Of a DNA stretch of 64,000 nt, positions 1 to 8,781 are shown in pieces. Position numbers and translations under genes: made by a program. Under the pieces are notes generated by a model, which was given only the letters and a program-made list of their open reading frames with translations, was not told the origin of the DNA and made no database searches. Each line of letters opens with the position of its first letter. Position 1 is the first letter of the stretch. Location: the sequence record MK817115.1. One strand, 5' to 3'. The stretch comes from Escherichia phage vB_EcoM_phAPEC6.

Positions 1-308
1 ATTGTATCATTATTTCGCTCTATAGTAAAGCTCTTTTGACACAACTCTTCAGCTAAACCCTTTGCATAGTTTAATACATCTCGGTTGAGATATACTTCTT
101 CTTTTGGAAAGCGTGGGTACTGAATAATACGAGCACACATCCCACTTTCAAGACCGCCAGTGTAGATATATTCACAGGGAATTAATTGTACACAAAAGCC
201 ATGCTTAAACGCAAATTTTCTTGTGTACTCTCTTGCTGTTTGAATATCACCAGCAATATGGATATTCCAGTACTGTGTCTCCACTGTACCTTTATCGATG
301 TATTTCAT
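1..308 (-). CDS. hypothetical protein, partial (C-terminus beyond window start)
   Basis: ATG at 306-308 on minus strand opens a frame (MKYIDKGTVETQYWNIHIAGD...) that runs off the window edge without a stop; absent from ORF track for that reason. Confidence 0.4.
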   Translation of the reverse strand, partial: MKYIDKGTVETQYWNIHIAGDIQTAREYTRKFAFKHGFCVQLIPCEYIYTGGLESGMCARIIQYPRFPKEEVYLNRDVLNYAKGLAEELCQKSFTIERNNDT

Positions 309-337
309 ACTCATCTCCAATTATAGCACTAAAAATC

Positions 338-727
338 TCACTTTCCCAACTCTTCTATGATTCTTTTTATTGAATCATGGTTTTCCAGACATAAAGTACT
401 GTAATTTCTGCCAGTTTTTTCATTGATGTCGTCGATTTCAATCATAAGATATCCATATGTAATATCTTGAACCCTACTTCGTTTTACCCTTGAGTACAGC
501 TTGATTGGTACTGATACACGAGTATTCAAAAACAATTCAGATAAATCATAACGATACACCTGGTATTCATTCTTGGAACGCTTACGACTGTACGATGCTA
601 AACACTGCGGATAACGTCTATCAAAAATACTGGTCCTTAGCTGAAGATTCATCGGATCTAACTTATGTGAGTAATATTTTTTAATTATTTTGTCAAAACG
701 CTTAATGTGACGTTTCTTCCATCTCAT
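338..727 (-). CDS. hypothetical basic protein
   Basis: 129 aa ORF, Lys/Arg-rich; start overlaps stop of upstream gene. Confidence 0.4.
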   Translation of the reverse strand: MRWKKRHIKRFDKIIKKYYSHKLDPMNLQLRTSIFDRRYPQCLASYSRKRSKNEYQVYRYDLSELFLNTRVSVPIKLYSRVKRSRVQDITYGYLMIEIDDINEKTGRNYSTLCLENHDSIKRIIEELGK

Positions 728-1221
728 GTTCTAACTCCTTTCAATAATACAATAGGAAAATACTGTGTATCTGTATCAGAAATACTATTACAGTACTCAA
801 TTATTTCTTGATGGAGTGTGTTTATATAAATGCTAGGATATGGAATTGGTGTTTGTATTAGTCCAGAACTATAAACACAATCAGTTCTTTGACAATCAAT
901 ATAGTGTGTTGTTGGTATACCTTTACCACGTTCCTCAACTACAATTGAGTACGAGTCAGCAATAAAAATGAACGCATTGTTAATTGATACATATTGTAGG
1001 GAATACACATCATCATGAACTTCAATCAAAGGACCATCAAAATACATCAATACCGAACGGCGATAACCTAACACATCACTCATTGCATCGAACTGTTCTT
1101 GTGATGAAAGATAACAAAAACACGTATCACGACATACGTCAATAAAACGCTTAAATGTTGCTGTTTCTATAAGCATATAATTTTCCTTAAAAAAGACCCC
1201 ACATAGTGAGGTCAAATACAT
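724..1221 (-). CDS. hypothetical protein
   Basis: 165 aa ORF in tight minus-strand array. Confidence 0.45.
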   Translation of the reverse strand: MYLTSLCGVFFKENYMLIETATFKRFIDVCRDTCFCYLSSQEQFDAMSDVLGYRRSVLMYFDGPLIEVHDDVYSLQYVSINNAFIFIADSYSIVVEERGKGIPTTHYIDCQRTDCVYSSGLIQTPIPYPSIYINTLHQEIIEYCNSISDTDTQYFPIVLLKGVRT

Positions 1222-1446
1222 TTAATCGTTATCATCATCCAATGCGTCACGGTAAACATAATAAACATGTGCACCTAGCAGAGCAATAAGTACAATAAAG
1301 ATTAACCAGAATGGTACAAAATGCAGTACTAGTGAAAACGCCAGTACTGTAATAACCATTACAACTGAACTGAAAATAAGACTTGCTGCTTTTTCAAATC
1401 CAGATAGTAATTTTTTAAAGATTTTTTTCATAAATGAATCAACCAT
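1222..1446 (-). CDS. small membrane protein
   Basis: 74 aa, two hydrophobic helices (VVMVITVLAFSLVLHFVPFWLIFIVLIALLGAHVYYVY). Confidence 0.4.
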   Translation of the reverse strand: MVDSFMKKIFKKLLSGFEKAASLIFSSVVMVITVLAFSLVLHFVPFWLIFIVLIALLGAHVYYVYRDALDDDND

Positions 1447-1789
1447 TTTTAATCCTCAAGAAAGTATGCTTACATTTTAGTTTATTACCATAGAATGAAA
1501 TAGGAACATTAAACATTTCAATCTTATCTTCTTTCAACAAACGTAGAATATCAGGATCGTTTTTTGTTTGAATACAATGAAGACCATTAACCTGAATTTC
1601 TAAACCTTTCTTTAGATATTCATAAATTTTTTGACGACGCATCCCACCATAACTATCATTATGTACCACATCACATAATTCTTTATATTCTTGCTTCAAT
1701 GCTCGGTCTACAAGTGTTCCATCTTTCTTCTTGATCTCTGCAATACATTTATATTGATTTGAACCTCTAAGAGCCATGTTGTACCTCAT
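1439..1789 (-). CDS. hypothetical protein
   Basis: 116 aa ORF, overlapping start/stop with neighbours. Confidence 0.4.
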   Translation of the reverse strand: MRYNMALRGSNQYKCIAEIKKKDGTLVDRALKQEYKELCDVVHNDSYGGMRRQKIYEYLKKGLEIQVNGLHCIQTKNDPDILRLLKEDKIEMFNVPISFYGNKLKCKHTFLRIKNG

Positions 1790-2246
1790 TAGGGTATTTT
1801 TTCATCAATTCGTGTAAACGCTGAATCTCTTGTTCTTTTTTTCTATCACTCTCGTATTTTCGAGAAAGTTTCTTTTTTGTATTTGCTTCTTCTAATCTAA
1901 TATCAGTACAGAATTTGTCATTTTTAAAAAAATTGATACGCAATGCATCGAAAACAGACTTGAAATCGTTTCCTAATTCTTTAGACGTGTCAGTGTAATT
2001 ATGAAAATACATGTTATTTGTCATATTTACATGTTCAATAACTGCACCATTATGAGTTACGATAAACATTATATCTCCATACTGTTCACGTGGTTCAGTA
2101 CGATATAGATATATATGTTGACGTAAATAATCTTTTAATTCATGTTCAATGCCACTTTGTTCATAACTTTGATATACTAAAACCTCACCATCAGTTGAAC
2201 TGTTGTCAGATTCATATGGTTCGCGGATAATTATAAGATTATACAT
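1767..2246 (-). CDS. hypothetical protein
   Basis: 159 aa ORF. Confidence 0.4.
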   Translation of the reverse strand: MYNLIIIREPYESDNSSTDGEVLVYQSYEQSGIEHELKDYLRQHIYLYRTEPREQYGDIMFIVTHNGAVIEHVNMTNNMYFHNYTDTSKELGNDFKSVFDALRINFFKNDKFCTDIRLEEANTKKKLSRKYESDRKKEQEIQRLHELMKKYPNEVQHGS

Positions 2247-2254
2247 ATTACTCC

Positions 2255-2536
2255 TTATACCGGAGATACGGTACTCAACATTAGTAAAGCTGTATTTTCA
2301 TCAATTTCATGATAGTTGTCGCATACAAGTGTTTCCAACAAATCAGGATGATAATAATAATGTTCATAATCAGTATCATTAGGAATATGATGATATACAA
2401 ATACAATATCAAAAACATCATCATCATTTTCACACTTGAAACGCTTTAATTCATCGACACTTTCAACAAAGCCATATTCTTCAAAAGCAGTTGTACCATC
2501 TGGTAGTTTCATCCATGCACTTGCAACAATTTTCAT
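2255..2536 (-). CDS. hypothetical acidic protein
   Basis: 93 aa ORF. Confidence 0.4.
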   Translation of the reverse strand: MKIVASAWMKLPDGTTAFEEYGFVESVDELKRFKCENDDDVFDIVFVYHHIPNDTDYEHYYYHPDLLETLVCDNYHEIDENTALLMLSTVSPV

Positions 2537-2553
2537 AAATTTGTGAATCCTTA

Positions 2554-3138
2554 TTATTTTGTAATGTTTAGTTTAGAAACGAAGTATTCTTTGGCTTCTT
2601 CATATGTCATTGAAGTATACATAGGATTCCATTTATCGTCAATATCGATAAGTACTTTAACTTCCATTACATCTTCTGGTGTATAGAATTGCCATGTATT
2701 GTGATCTGGCTCATAGTTAGGGTCCAGTACAAAAACCGTACCATCCTGACCATAAACTTCTCCATCCTCTAATAGCTCACGGAAGAAATCTTCTCCAGTA
2801 GTTGGGTCTTCGTATGCATTATAAAAACGAAAAACAACATTCTCAACATCTGTTCGGGTAGTACCATCGTCTTCATCATATTCCACCAAACGGTCCTGAT
2901 GAAATACTAGGTCAATTGCACCAATGCGAGGTTTATTATGTGGAGTTTTGATTTCTTGCTGGGAATTGTAATCAATACGTTCAGTACTGATGAATACTCC
3001 ACTAGGGGTAATTTCAATACCAGACACATTTTCTGGTGAATAGTAAGCGTCACACATGTCATCAATGTGCATGTGCTCATTATACACTTCCATTTCAGGA
3101 TTCTGCAACAACAGTGCTGCTAAGTCTTTTGCTTTCAA
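2554..3138 (-). CDS. hypothetical protein, paralog of 3874..4491
   Basis: 194 aa; N-terminus MKAKDLAALLLQNPEMEVY matches MKSHDLAKLLLSQPNLEIY of 3874..4491; C-terminal TYEEAKEY vs SYDEAIEC. Confidence 0.5.
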   Translation of the reverse strand: MKAKDLAALLLQNPEMEVYNEHMHIDDMCDAYYSPENVSGIEITPSGVFISTERIDYNSQQEIKTPHNKPRIGAIDLVFHQDRLVEYDEDDGTTRTDVENVVFRFYNAYEDPTTGEDFFRELLEDGEVYGQDGTVFVLDPNYEPDHNTWQFYTPEDVMEVKVLIDIDDKWNPMYTSMTYEEAKEYFVSKLNITK

Positions 3139-3527
3139 TCTACAATCTCCATAGAATTATCATCATCATAATCATCACTGGTGTACTTAGTTTTTACCTC
3201 AATACCATTCTCATGTAGGTATGTGATAAAACCATTACCATAAACGAATTGATTATAATATGTATTTTCTTCTACATGTGCATCATAATCATCTTCATAA
3301 TATGTGGGTATTGTAACATCATGACCTACACTTTGCAAGTACTGGAACAATTCTTTCAGTACTACTTCGATATCACCTTCTTCTGTGCCATAACAATATG
3401 CAGGTTCACCGTGAGTGAATTTGAATCCTTTACAGGAAACTGTATAAATGTCACTCATGTTCATACCACAATCATCACATTCATGTATAGAACAATGCTG
3501 GTGGAATTTAATCTTTTTGATTTGCAT
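3135..3527 (-). CDS. hypothetical protein
   Basis: 130 aa ORF, several Cys/His near N-terminus. Confidence 0.4.
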   Translation of the reverse strand: MQIKKIKFHQHCSIHECDDCGMNMSDIYTVSCKGFKFTHGEPAYCYGTEEGDIEVVLKELFQYLQSVGHDVTIPTYYEDDYDAHVEENTYYNQFVYGNGFITYLHENGIEVKTKYTSDDYDDDNSMEIVD

Positions 3528-3867
3528 TTAGAAAATCCTGTAAAGATGTAGTAGACATTGGACTATCAGCACCATCATACCACAGTGATGTATATGGCTG
3601 AACTGAACTAATATCAATACACAACCCTTCACGCTCACATTTTTGAGCGAATTCTTCAGTAGTTAGTTTGTTACCAAAAGAAATCTCAAATTCATAACTA
3701 GACATATCAATATCAGTACTGTAAATCAATGCACCATCATATGTAATATGGAGTTTAGAATCTGCGTCAAAAAGACGATCTGAAATAGCTTCATAATCAT
3801 CTTCAGGAACTGCTTCAATAAGACGTGCCATTAGTCCAGATGTTACGCGGTAATCACTCATGTTCAA
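3508..3867 (-). CDS. hypothetical protein
   Basis: 119 aa ORF. Confidence 0.4.
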   Translation of the reverse strand: MNMSDYRVTSGLMARLIEAVPEDDYEAISDRLFDADSKLHITYDGALIYSTDIDMSSYEFEISFGNKLTTEEFAQKCEREGLCIDISSVQPYTSLWYDGADSPMSTTSLQDFLNANQKD

Positions 3868-3873
3868 CCTCTT

Positions 3874-4491
3874 TTATTTTTTAATTTTATCAATCATAGA
3901 AGGTGATACTTTTACATTGAATTCAGAATCAGGAAAATCTTTAGAAAATGAATCAATTTGTTCTTGTGAAAGTTCTTCTTTTTGTGGAAATAACATTTTA
4001 ACTAAATTTTTACCACATTCAATTGCTTCATCATACGACATAGTTTCCCATGTTCCATGCCAAGTACTAGGTTCATATTCTGTCAGTACAGAAATGAAAT
4101 CAATATCATCGGGTGTATACCAAACAGCATTTTGATTCCCTGATGGTGCTGATTGATTTTTACCTAATAAAACAATTGGCTTTTCATAAGGAATGTTAAA
4201 TATCAACCCAGATTCTAAGTTAAGAACAGTTTGAATAGATGAACCCTCCAATTTTGGAGTAATAGTACCATCCTTAAAGAAAATTTGTACATGACCCAAG
4301 AGCGGGGTTTCGTATGGTGTAAGTACATTTTCAGAAACTGATGTGGGTTTTACCGTTGTGAAAATGCCAGATGGGGTGACCATTAATTTATTATCAAAAT
4401 TCTGATAATGCAAGTCACTCTCTGCATCATAATGATAAATTTCTAGATTTGGTTGAGATAGTAGTAATTTTGCTAAATCATGAGATTTCAT
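3874..4491 (-). CDS. hypothetical protein, paralog of 2554..3138
   Basis: Track ORF extends to 4521 but that ATG lies inside the terminator hairpin; internal ATG at 4491 preceded by GGAG gives MKSHDLAKLLL... aligned with the paralog start. Confidence 0.5.
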   Translation of the reverse strand: MKSHDLAKLLLSQPNLEIYHYDAESDLHYQNFDNKLMVTPSGIFTTVKPTSVSENVLTPYETPLLGHVQIFFKDGTITPKLEGSSIQTVLNLESGLIFNIPYEKPIVLLGKNQSAPSGNQNAVWYTPDDIDFISVLTEYEPSTWHGTWETMSYDEAIECGKNLVKMLFPQKEELSQEQIDSFSKDFPDSEFNVKVSPSMIDKIKK

Positions 4492-4500
4492 TTTATTTCT

Positions 4501-4532
4501 CCAAAAGAAAAGGAGAGTCACAATGACTCTCC
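4501..4532 (-). terminator. rho-independent terminator (hairpin GGAGAGTCA/TGACTCTCC plus T-run on minus strand)
   Basis: 9-bp perfect stem 4512-4520/4524-4532, A-run 4504-4510 on plus = U-run after stem on minus; downstream of 4540..4980. Confidence 0.5.
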
Positions 4533-4539
4533 ATATATT

Positions 4540-4980
4540 TTATTGTAAAACTTTAAGTTTGTAAAGTGTTCCTTCAACAAAACTCATAATATCTTCTAAT
4601 GTGTTTACACTGCCGTAATCACCTGATTCTTCAAGCATATCATGAATTGCTCTACATTGCTCAACATATTCTTCAAGAATTGGTACACAATCTTCAATTG
4701 GTGTAAAACGATAACTATTACCAGTTCCAACTTGTAAAGCACCACGATTATTCATGATACCTTCAACAAATGCGTCTACATATTCTGGTAATTCTTTATA
4801 TAGTTCATCTAATTGTAAATGCTTTGTATAAAAATGACATTGTAAGTGCCAGTTATGTGCAGCAGAACTTAAAAACAAACTATTTTCAATAAAAGTTAAT
4901 AGTACTTCATCATACGAATTATCTTCTTCAGTACTTCCGATAAAGTCCATTACGTGTCGTAAATCATTAATATCTTCCAT
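4540..4980 (-). CDS. hypothetical protein
   Basis: 146 aa ORF. Confidence 0.45.
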   Translation of the reverse strand: MEDINDLRHVMDFIGSTEEDNSYDEVLLTFIENSLFLSSAAHNWHLQCHFYTKHLQLDELYKELPEYVDAFVEGIMNNRGALQVGTGNSYRFTPIEDCVPILEEYVEQCRAIHDMLEESGDYGSVNTLEDIMSFVEGTLYKLKVLQ

Positions 4981-5012
4981 AATATCTCTCCTTAGAGTTA
5001 TTCTCTTATTAT

Positions 5013-5441
5013 TTAGTTAATAATAAAGGTAATTTCAGGATTCATTTCAGAAACTGCATTGCGTTTACTTCTATCCCATAGTATTCTGTTATTATACAAA
5101 GAAGAATCACATACTACAAGTAAGCAATTTCTTAATCTACTTACAGTACTTTGATTATTTAAATCAGTTTCTGAAATAAAAAATACATTTTCAGGAACTA
5201 CTAAAGGAATAGATTTATCAAAAAACAAAACTACAATAGGTCTTGTTGTATGAACTGATTTAACGAAATCCAAAATACTATTATAAAAATTAGTTTCTTT
5301 AGTAATTACTGACGGATCTTTAATTCTTTTCAAATATTGCTGTGGTAATTGATGTTCGTCTTTTATCTGAAACTCAAAATATTCTTTGAATAACATTTGT
5401 GTTAATTCGGATTTATCGGATATTTTCGTTGTGTTACTCAT
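5013..5441 (-). CDS. hypothetical protein
   Basis: 142 aa ORF. Confidence 0.45.
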   Translation of the reverse strand: MSNTTKISDKSELTQMLFKEYFEFQIKDEHQLPQQYLKRIKDPSVITKETNFYNSILDFVKSVHTTRPIVVLFFDKSIPLVVPENVFFISETDLNNQSTVSRLRNCLLVVCDSSLYNNRILWDRSKRNAVSEMNPEITFIIN

Positions 5442-5526
5442 TCACTTCGTTCTCTCGTAACTCAAGAAGTCACTGCGTTTACTTCGTAAACTAGTTCCTT
5501 CTGAAAATGATAATGTACTTTAAAAA

Positions 5527-6096
5527 CTTGACGGGATTTGTTGAGGACTATTACATCCCCCCGCAGGGGAATGAAGGTAATAAAAAAGAGACAATTAAGT
5601 CTCTCTTGACGATGATGGCATCGGATATTATCGAATTGCGAATTTCTCAAATTTTGGACGGATCTTTCTTGTACCAAAATTTAGAGAGCGAAAGCGGGTT
5701 GCTCGGTTTCTCTCTATCGCAGTCATATGCAACGGTCGCTGGTCTTTTCATCAACAGCACTCAGTACTAACTCTATTCGATCAAAGTAGTACTTGTTCTC
5801 AAATTTTGGACGCAACTTTCTTGTAAAAATTGCGTCCGCTATCCTTGAACTCCCTTAGCAAATCTGGTAAGGTGCGAACCTTATACATCTATCTAGGAAC
5901 TCTCTGTATGCTTATCGGAGTTCTTTATACAGCCGTGTCGCCGTGATTCGTGGTCTTACATCGTGTTTGTTTGAATGCCAGTACTCTAACAGGTTTCTTC
6001 TGCTGTTCGCTACAACGGTAAAGCTCATCTATCCTTTACATTTTCAAGAGAAGTAGGTTCTCAGTGTCCATTTTTCAATGTCCGTTGTCATTTTCT
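5527..6096. ncRNA. candidate large structured non-coding element, copy A (paralog of 61208..61740)
   Basis: No conserved ORF; shares blocks with copy B (CATCCCCCCGCAGGGGA, GAAAGCGGGTTGCTC, GTTTCTCTCTATCGC, GCAACGGTCG, TGGTAAGGTGCGA, GGAGTTCTTTATACAGCCG, CTGCTGTTCG); hairpins with conserved stems and divergent loops; strand unresolved. Confidence 0.35.
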
Positions 6097-6103
6097 ATAT
6101 ACA

Positions 6104-6114
6104 TTATATCATTG
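6104..6114 (-). promoter_or_regulatory. extended -10 promoter-like motif TGATATAAT (minus strand), preceded by ATGGGACAT box
   Basis: Plus ATTATATCATT = minus AATGATATAAT; same 11-mer at 61748-61758 and TGATATAAT at 31238-31247. Confidence 0.3.
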
Positions 6115-6131
6115 GAACATATAATGTCCCA

Positions 6132-6530
6132 TTACATGTATACTTTTTTAAAATCCTTAGAACAACGATCAAAAATTGTGTTTATGAATTCAACATCTTC
6201 GATAATATTCGAATCGTTAGCAACATTTTCATTTCTTGTCGTGTTCCTATATGTGTGTTCAGGATGATTGTATACCACCTTGACTACATTATTTAGGTCT
6301 ATAAAATTTGACGTTTTTTGCGTATATGAAGCCTGAAGCTTGATGAGTTTACCATCATTCTCAAGATTGGTTTTATGAATTAGTTCTTCAATACCAGTTA
6401 AATGGCTATAGCTATCTTTTTCTTTTACAAAAGTAATAGTAACAAGAACTGCTTTCTCATCTCCCATATCGGAAATGTTTTTTACAGCACTGATAATTTC
6501 TAAGTTTGAAAAATCTAATTCTTTAAGCAT
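6132..6530 (-). CDS. hypothetical protein
   Basis: 132 aa ORF. Confidence 0.45.
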   Translation of the reverse strand: MLKELDFSNLEIISAVKNISDMGDEKAVLVTITFVKEKDSYSHLTGIEELIHKTNLENDGKLIKLQASYTQKTSNFIDLNNVVKVVYNHPEHTYRNTTRNENVANDSNIIEDVEFINTIFDRCSKDFKKVYM

Positions 6531-6531
6531 T

Positions 6532-6888
6532 TTACAAATATTTCCACAAAGTTCGATAAGTGATAATTTCTTCTCTGGTTACAGAAACTTCATTGCACTT
6601 AACACCATCAGTTTCATTACTGAATGGTTGTACTGGTCTATCTTCTGTTAAACCTCGTTCATAAGTACAATGATAAAACTTATTTGTACTCATGTCAAGA
6701 AATACGAGATCAAATTCTTCAGTCCATCTTCTGTGCCCTTTGCTTTCATTGCAGATGATTTTATATTTTACATCTGGTTTAAAAGTTTCAGTACTGTCAT
6801 CCCATGCACCATAGTCAGTATATTCATCATTTTCATCTAACTCTGCTAGATGCCACATTAATTGTGGTAAAAAGATTTTAGATTTCAT
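6532..6888 (-). CDS. hypothetical protein
   Basis: 118 aa ORF. Confidence 0.45.
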   Translation of the reverse strand: MKSKIFLPQLMWHLAELDENDEYTDYGAWDDSTETFKPDVKYKIICNESKGHRRWTEEFDLVFLDMSTNKFYHCTYERGLTEDRPVQPFSNETDGVKCNEVSVTREEIITYRTLWKYL

Positions 6889-6898
6889 TTATTTTCTC

Positions 6899-6929
6899 CA
6901 AAAAAAAGGACTTGAATACTCAAGTCCTT
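6899..6929 (-). terminator. rho-independent terminator
   Basis: Stem GGACTTGA/TCAAGTCC with loop ATAC, A-run on plus (U-run on minus) at 6901-6907; downstream of 6941..7597. Confidence 0.5.
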
Positions 6930-6940
6930 ATAATATCATA

Positions 6941-7597
6941 TCAATCATGTTTATTCAATTTCTTCTGTTCTTTTTTCAAAGCTTTCATATGACGACCAAA
7001 CTCTCGAACATGCCATAGATGATCAGTTTCCCATAATTCTTGACGTAACCTACGTTCTTCTAGTAGTTTCGACTTGTCAATGTTATTTTTCTTTTTTTGT
7101 ACATTAAAGAAATTATTCATATGTTCTTGGAGAAGATTACGACCTTTAACTTTCTCAAGAAACTCATCAACTGTTTCAGTTTTATTCGAACGTAGTTGAT
7201 TACATCTGGAGCACATAGTATTAAAGTTTGACTCTAAATCAGGTCCACCCTTAGATGCCAGATGATTATGGTCAACTGTCATTAAAACTTCATAAAGACC
7301 ACATACAGCATATACATTTAAATGTGGTTTACCATATACTGGATCAGAACATAATGAACGTTCAATGCGTACTTCAGTAGCTTCAATCCCACATGCCACG
7401 CATTTTGGATTCTTAACAAAAGTAAGAACTTTTTGTGGGAAATATCGAAAAGTAATACCATTTAAAGTGTAGCGTTTCATCTTAGTACTTCGTTGATTTA
7501 ATTCTTCAAGAAGTGATAATTTTGTCGTATAGTAAACATGATATTTGTTCATTTTATTCCTTGATATTGATTTTAATATCTTTACCTTGTAAATCAC
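6941..7597 (-). CDS. HNH-family endonuclease (free-standing, homing-endonuclease-like)
   Basis: 218 aa; Cys pair CVACG then DHNHLASKGGPDLESNFNTMCSRCN matching the HNH motif; bracketed by terminators. Confidence 0.55.
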   Translation of the reverse strand: MIYKVKILKSISRNKMNKYHVYYTTKLSLLEELNQRSTKMKRYTLNGITFRYFPQKVLTFVKNPKCVACGIEATEVRIERSLCSDPVYGKPHLNVYAVCGLYEVLMTVDHNHLASKGGPDLESNFNTMCSRCNQLRSNKTETVDEFLEKVKGRNLLQEHMNNFFNVQKKKNNIDKSKLLEERRLRQELWETDHLWHVREFGRHMKALKKEQKKLNKHD

Positions 7598-7862
7598 GAA
7601 TAGTTTTAATCAATGCGTCGTGTTTTAAAGCACATTCATTGTAGACTGCATCCCAACGAGTAAGTACTTTAAGAATTTCTGCACCATCATAACCTTTAAA
7701 ACCATTTTTGTCAATCATAATTTTTTGTGGTAGAGGTGTATCATCATCACATCTTTCTAACAGAATTTCTTGTTTAATTGGTGCGGGGGATTGTAGTTTT
7801 ACTTGCTCGGCACACCCACTTATAATTAAAAAAGAAATCATTGGAACTAATAATTTTTTCAT
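7554..7862 (-). CDS. outer-membrane spanin subunit (o-spanin lipoprotein)
   Basis: 102 aa; signal peptide with lipobox LIISGC; overlaps the upstream i-spanin-like gene, as in T4 pseT.3/pseT.2. Confidence 0.5.
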   Translation of the reverse strand: MKKLLVPMISFLIISGCAEQVKLQSPAPIKQEILLERCDDDTPLPQKIMIDKNGFKGYDGAEILKVLTRWDAVYNECALKHDALIKTIRDLQGKDIKINIKE

Positions 7863-8233
7863 TTGAATTTATTCCTCGCTGCTTGAGAATTTTGTTTTAG
7901 TTCATTCAGTACTTTTACACCATCTTCATCTAAACATACATTCTTATAAACTTCACGTTCTACAATAAAAGGAACCTTTGTTTCAATAACTTTAGCATTA
8001 TCTTCCATGATTTTTTTAGTTTCAAGGTAATTTTTTGCATTTTCTTGTTGCATTTTATCCAAGGCGGTATCAACTTTTTTAGCTATTTGTTGCTCTATGC
8101 TTTGTTGATATCCACTGTAATAAGTATTAGCTTCCCAACCAGCATAAGCTGAACCGCCAATTAATAATACAAAAGAAATTGGTTTCCAAAATGGAATAAG
8201 AATTTTTGAAACAATTATTTCTAACATACTCAT
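7859..8233 (-). CDS. inner-membrane spanin subunit (i-spanin)
   Basis: 124 aa; N-terminal TM helix then charged coiled-coil-like region; immediately upstream of and overlapping the lipoprotein gene. Confidence 0.5.
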   Translation of the reverse strand: MSMLEIIVSKILIPFWKPISFVLLIGGSAYAGWEANTYYSGYQQSIEQQIAKKVDTALDKMQQENAKNYLETKKIMEDNAKVIETKVPFIVEREVYKNVCLDEDGVKVLNELKQNSQAARNKFK

Positions 8234-8286
8234 AATAATATCTCCTATAGTTGATGATATTATTTAGAGTATACAATTGTATAGTT

Positions 8287-8706
8287 TTACAACATTTTTT
8301 GAATATGTTCTACTAGTTCATACAGCTTAGTTTCATTATTCTCGAACTTTTCATCAACTTCAACATTGAATTTTTCTTCTAGTTCCATTACCATTTCAAT
8401 CCAATCAAGCCAATCAAAATGGAATTTTTCTTCGACTTCCAATTTAGTAAGATTGAAGTTCGCTGATACATCATTCTCTGATGTATCACAATAACGAGTA
8501 GTGATGAATTTGACAATTTCTTTTTCAACATCGTTTAATTCACGAGTTTGATATTCGGGCTGAAGATACCACCACTCTCCCTTATTAATAGATTCCAATT
8601 CTTGTTTGATTTCATGCATTACTTTATAACGGTCAGTACTTTTATGAATAGAATTGACTTCTTGGTTCAATACATGTAGTGCATTTTTAATACGTTCATT
8701 TAACAT
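8287..8706 (-). CDS. acyl-carrier-protein-like protein lacking the phosphopantetheine serine
   Basis: C-terminus FDWLDWIEMVMELEEKFNVEVDEKFEN aligns with ACP helix II ([26 protein letters not shown]) but Ser is replaced by Trp. Confidence 0.4.
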   Translation of the reverse strand: MLNERIKNALHVLNQEVNSIHKSTDRYKVMHEIKQELESINKGEWWYLQPEYQTRELNDVEKEIVKFITTRYCDTSENDVSANFNLTKLEVEEKFHFDWLDWIEMVMELEEKFNVEVDEKFENNETKLYELVEHIQKML

Positions 8707-8718
8707 TTTATCACCTTA

Positions 8719-8750
8719 TAAAAAAAAGAGAACTCCATATGAAGTTCTCT
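8719..8750 (-). terminator. rho-independent terminator
   Basis: Stem AGAGAACT/AGTTCTCT, loop CCATATGA, A-run 8720-8727 on plus; downstream of 8782..11571. Confidence 0.5.
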
Positions 8751-8781
8751 GATTATACATAATTACTTTTTCTATGTCAAG

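Noticed and set aside
5462-5770. ORFs inside the duplicated non-coding elements (5462..5677 minus, 5507..5770 plus, 61198..61446 minus, 61733..61987 plus)
   Set aside because: The two element copies share nucleotide blocks but the overlapping ORFs fall in different frames in each copy, so no protein is conserved; the sequence conservation is better explained at the RNA or DNA level.
5527-6096. Group I or group II intron interpretation of the duplicated elements
   Set aside because: The genes flanking the two copies are unrelated to each other and show no sign of being split exons; I could not find convincing P7/P4 (group I) or domain V (group II) consensus by eye. Left as untested; covariance-model scans would settle it.
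5442-6131. tRNA or tmRNA genes in the large intergenic regions
   Set aside because: No T-arm GTTCGAATC-type motif with matching acceptor stem was found on either strand in any intergenic region; the CCCCCCGCAGGGG hairpin has too short a loop for a T-arm.
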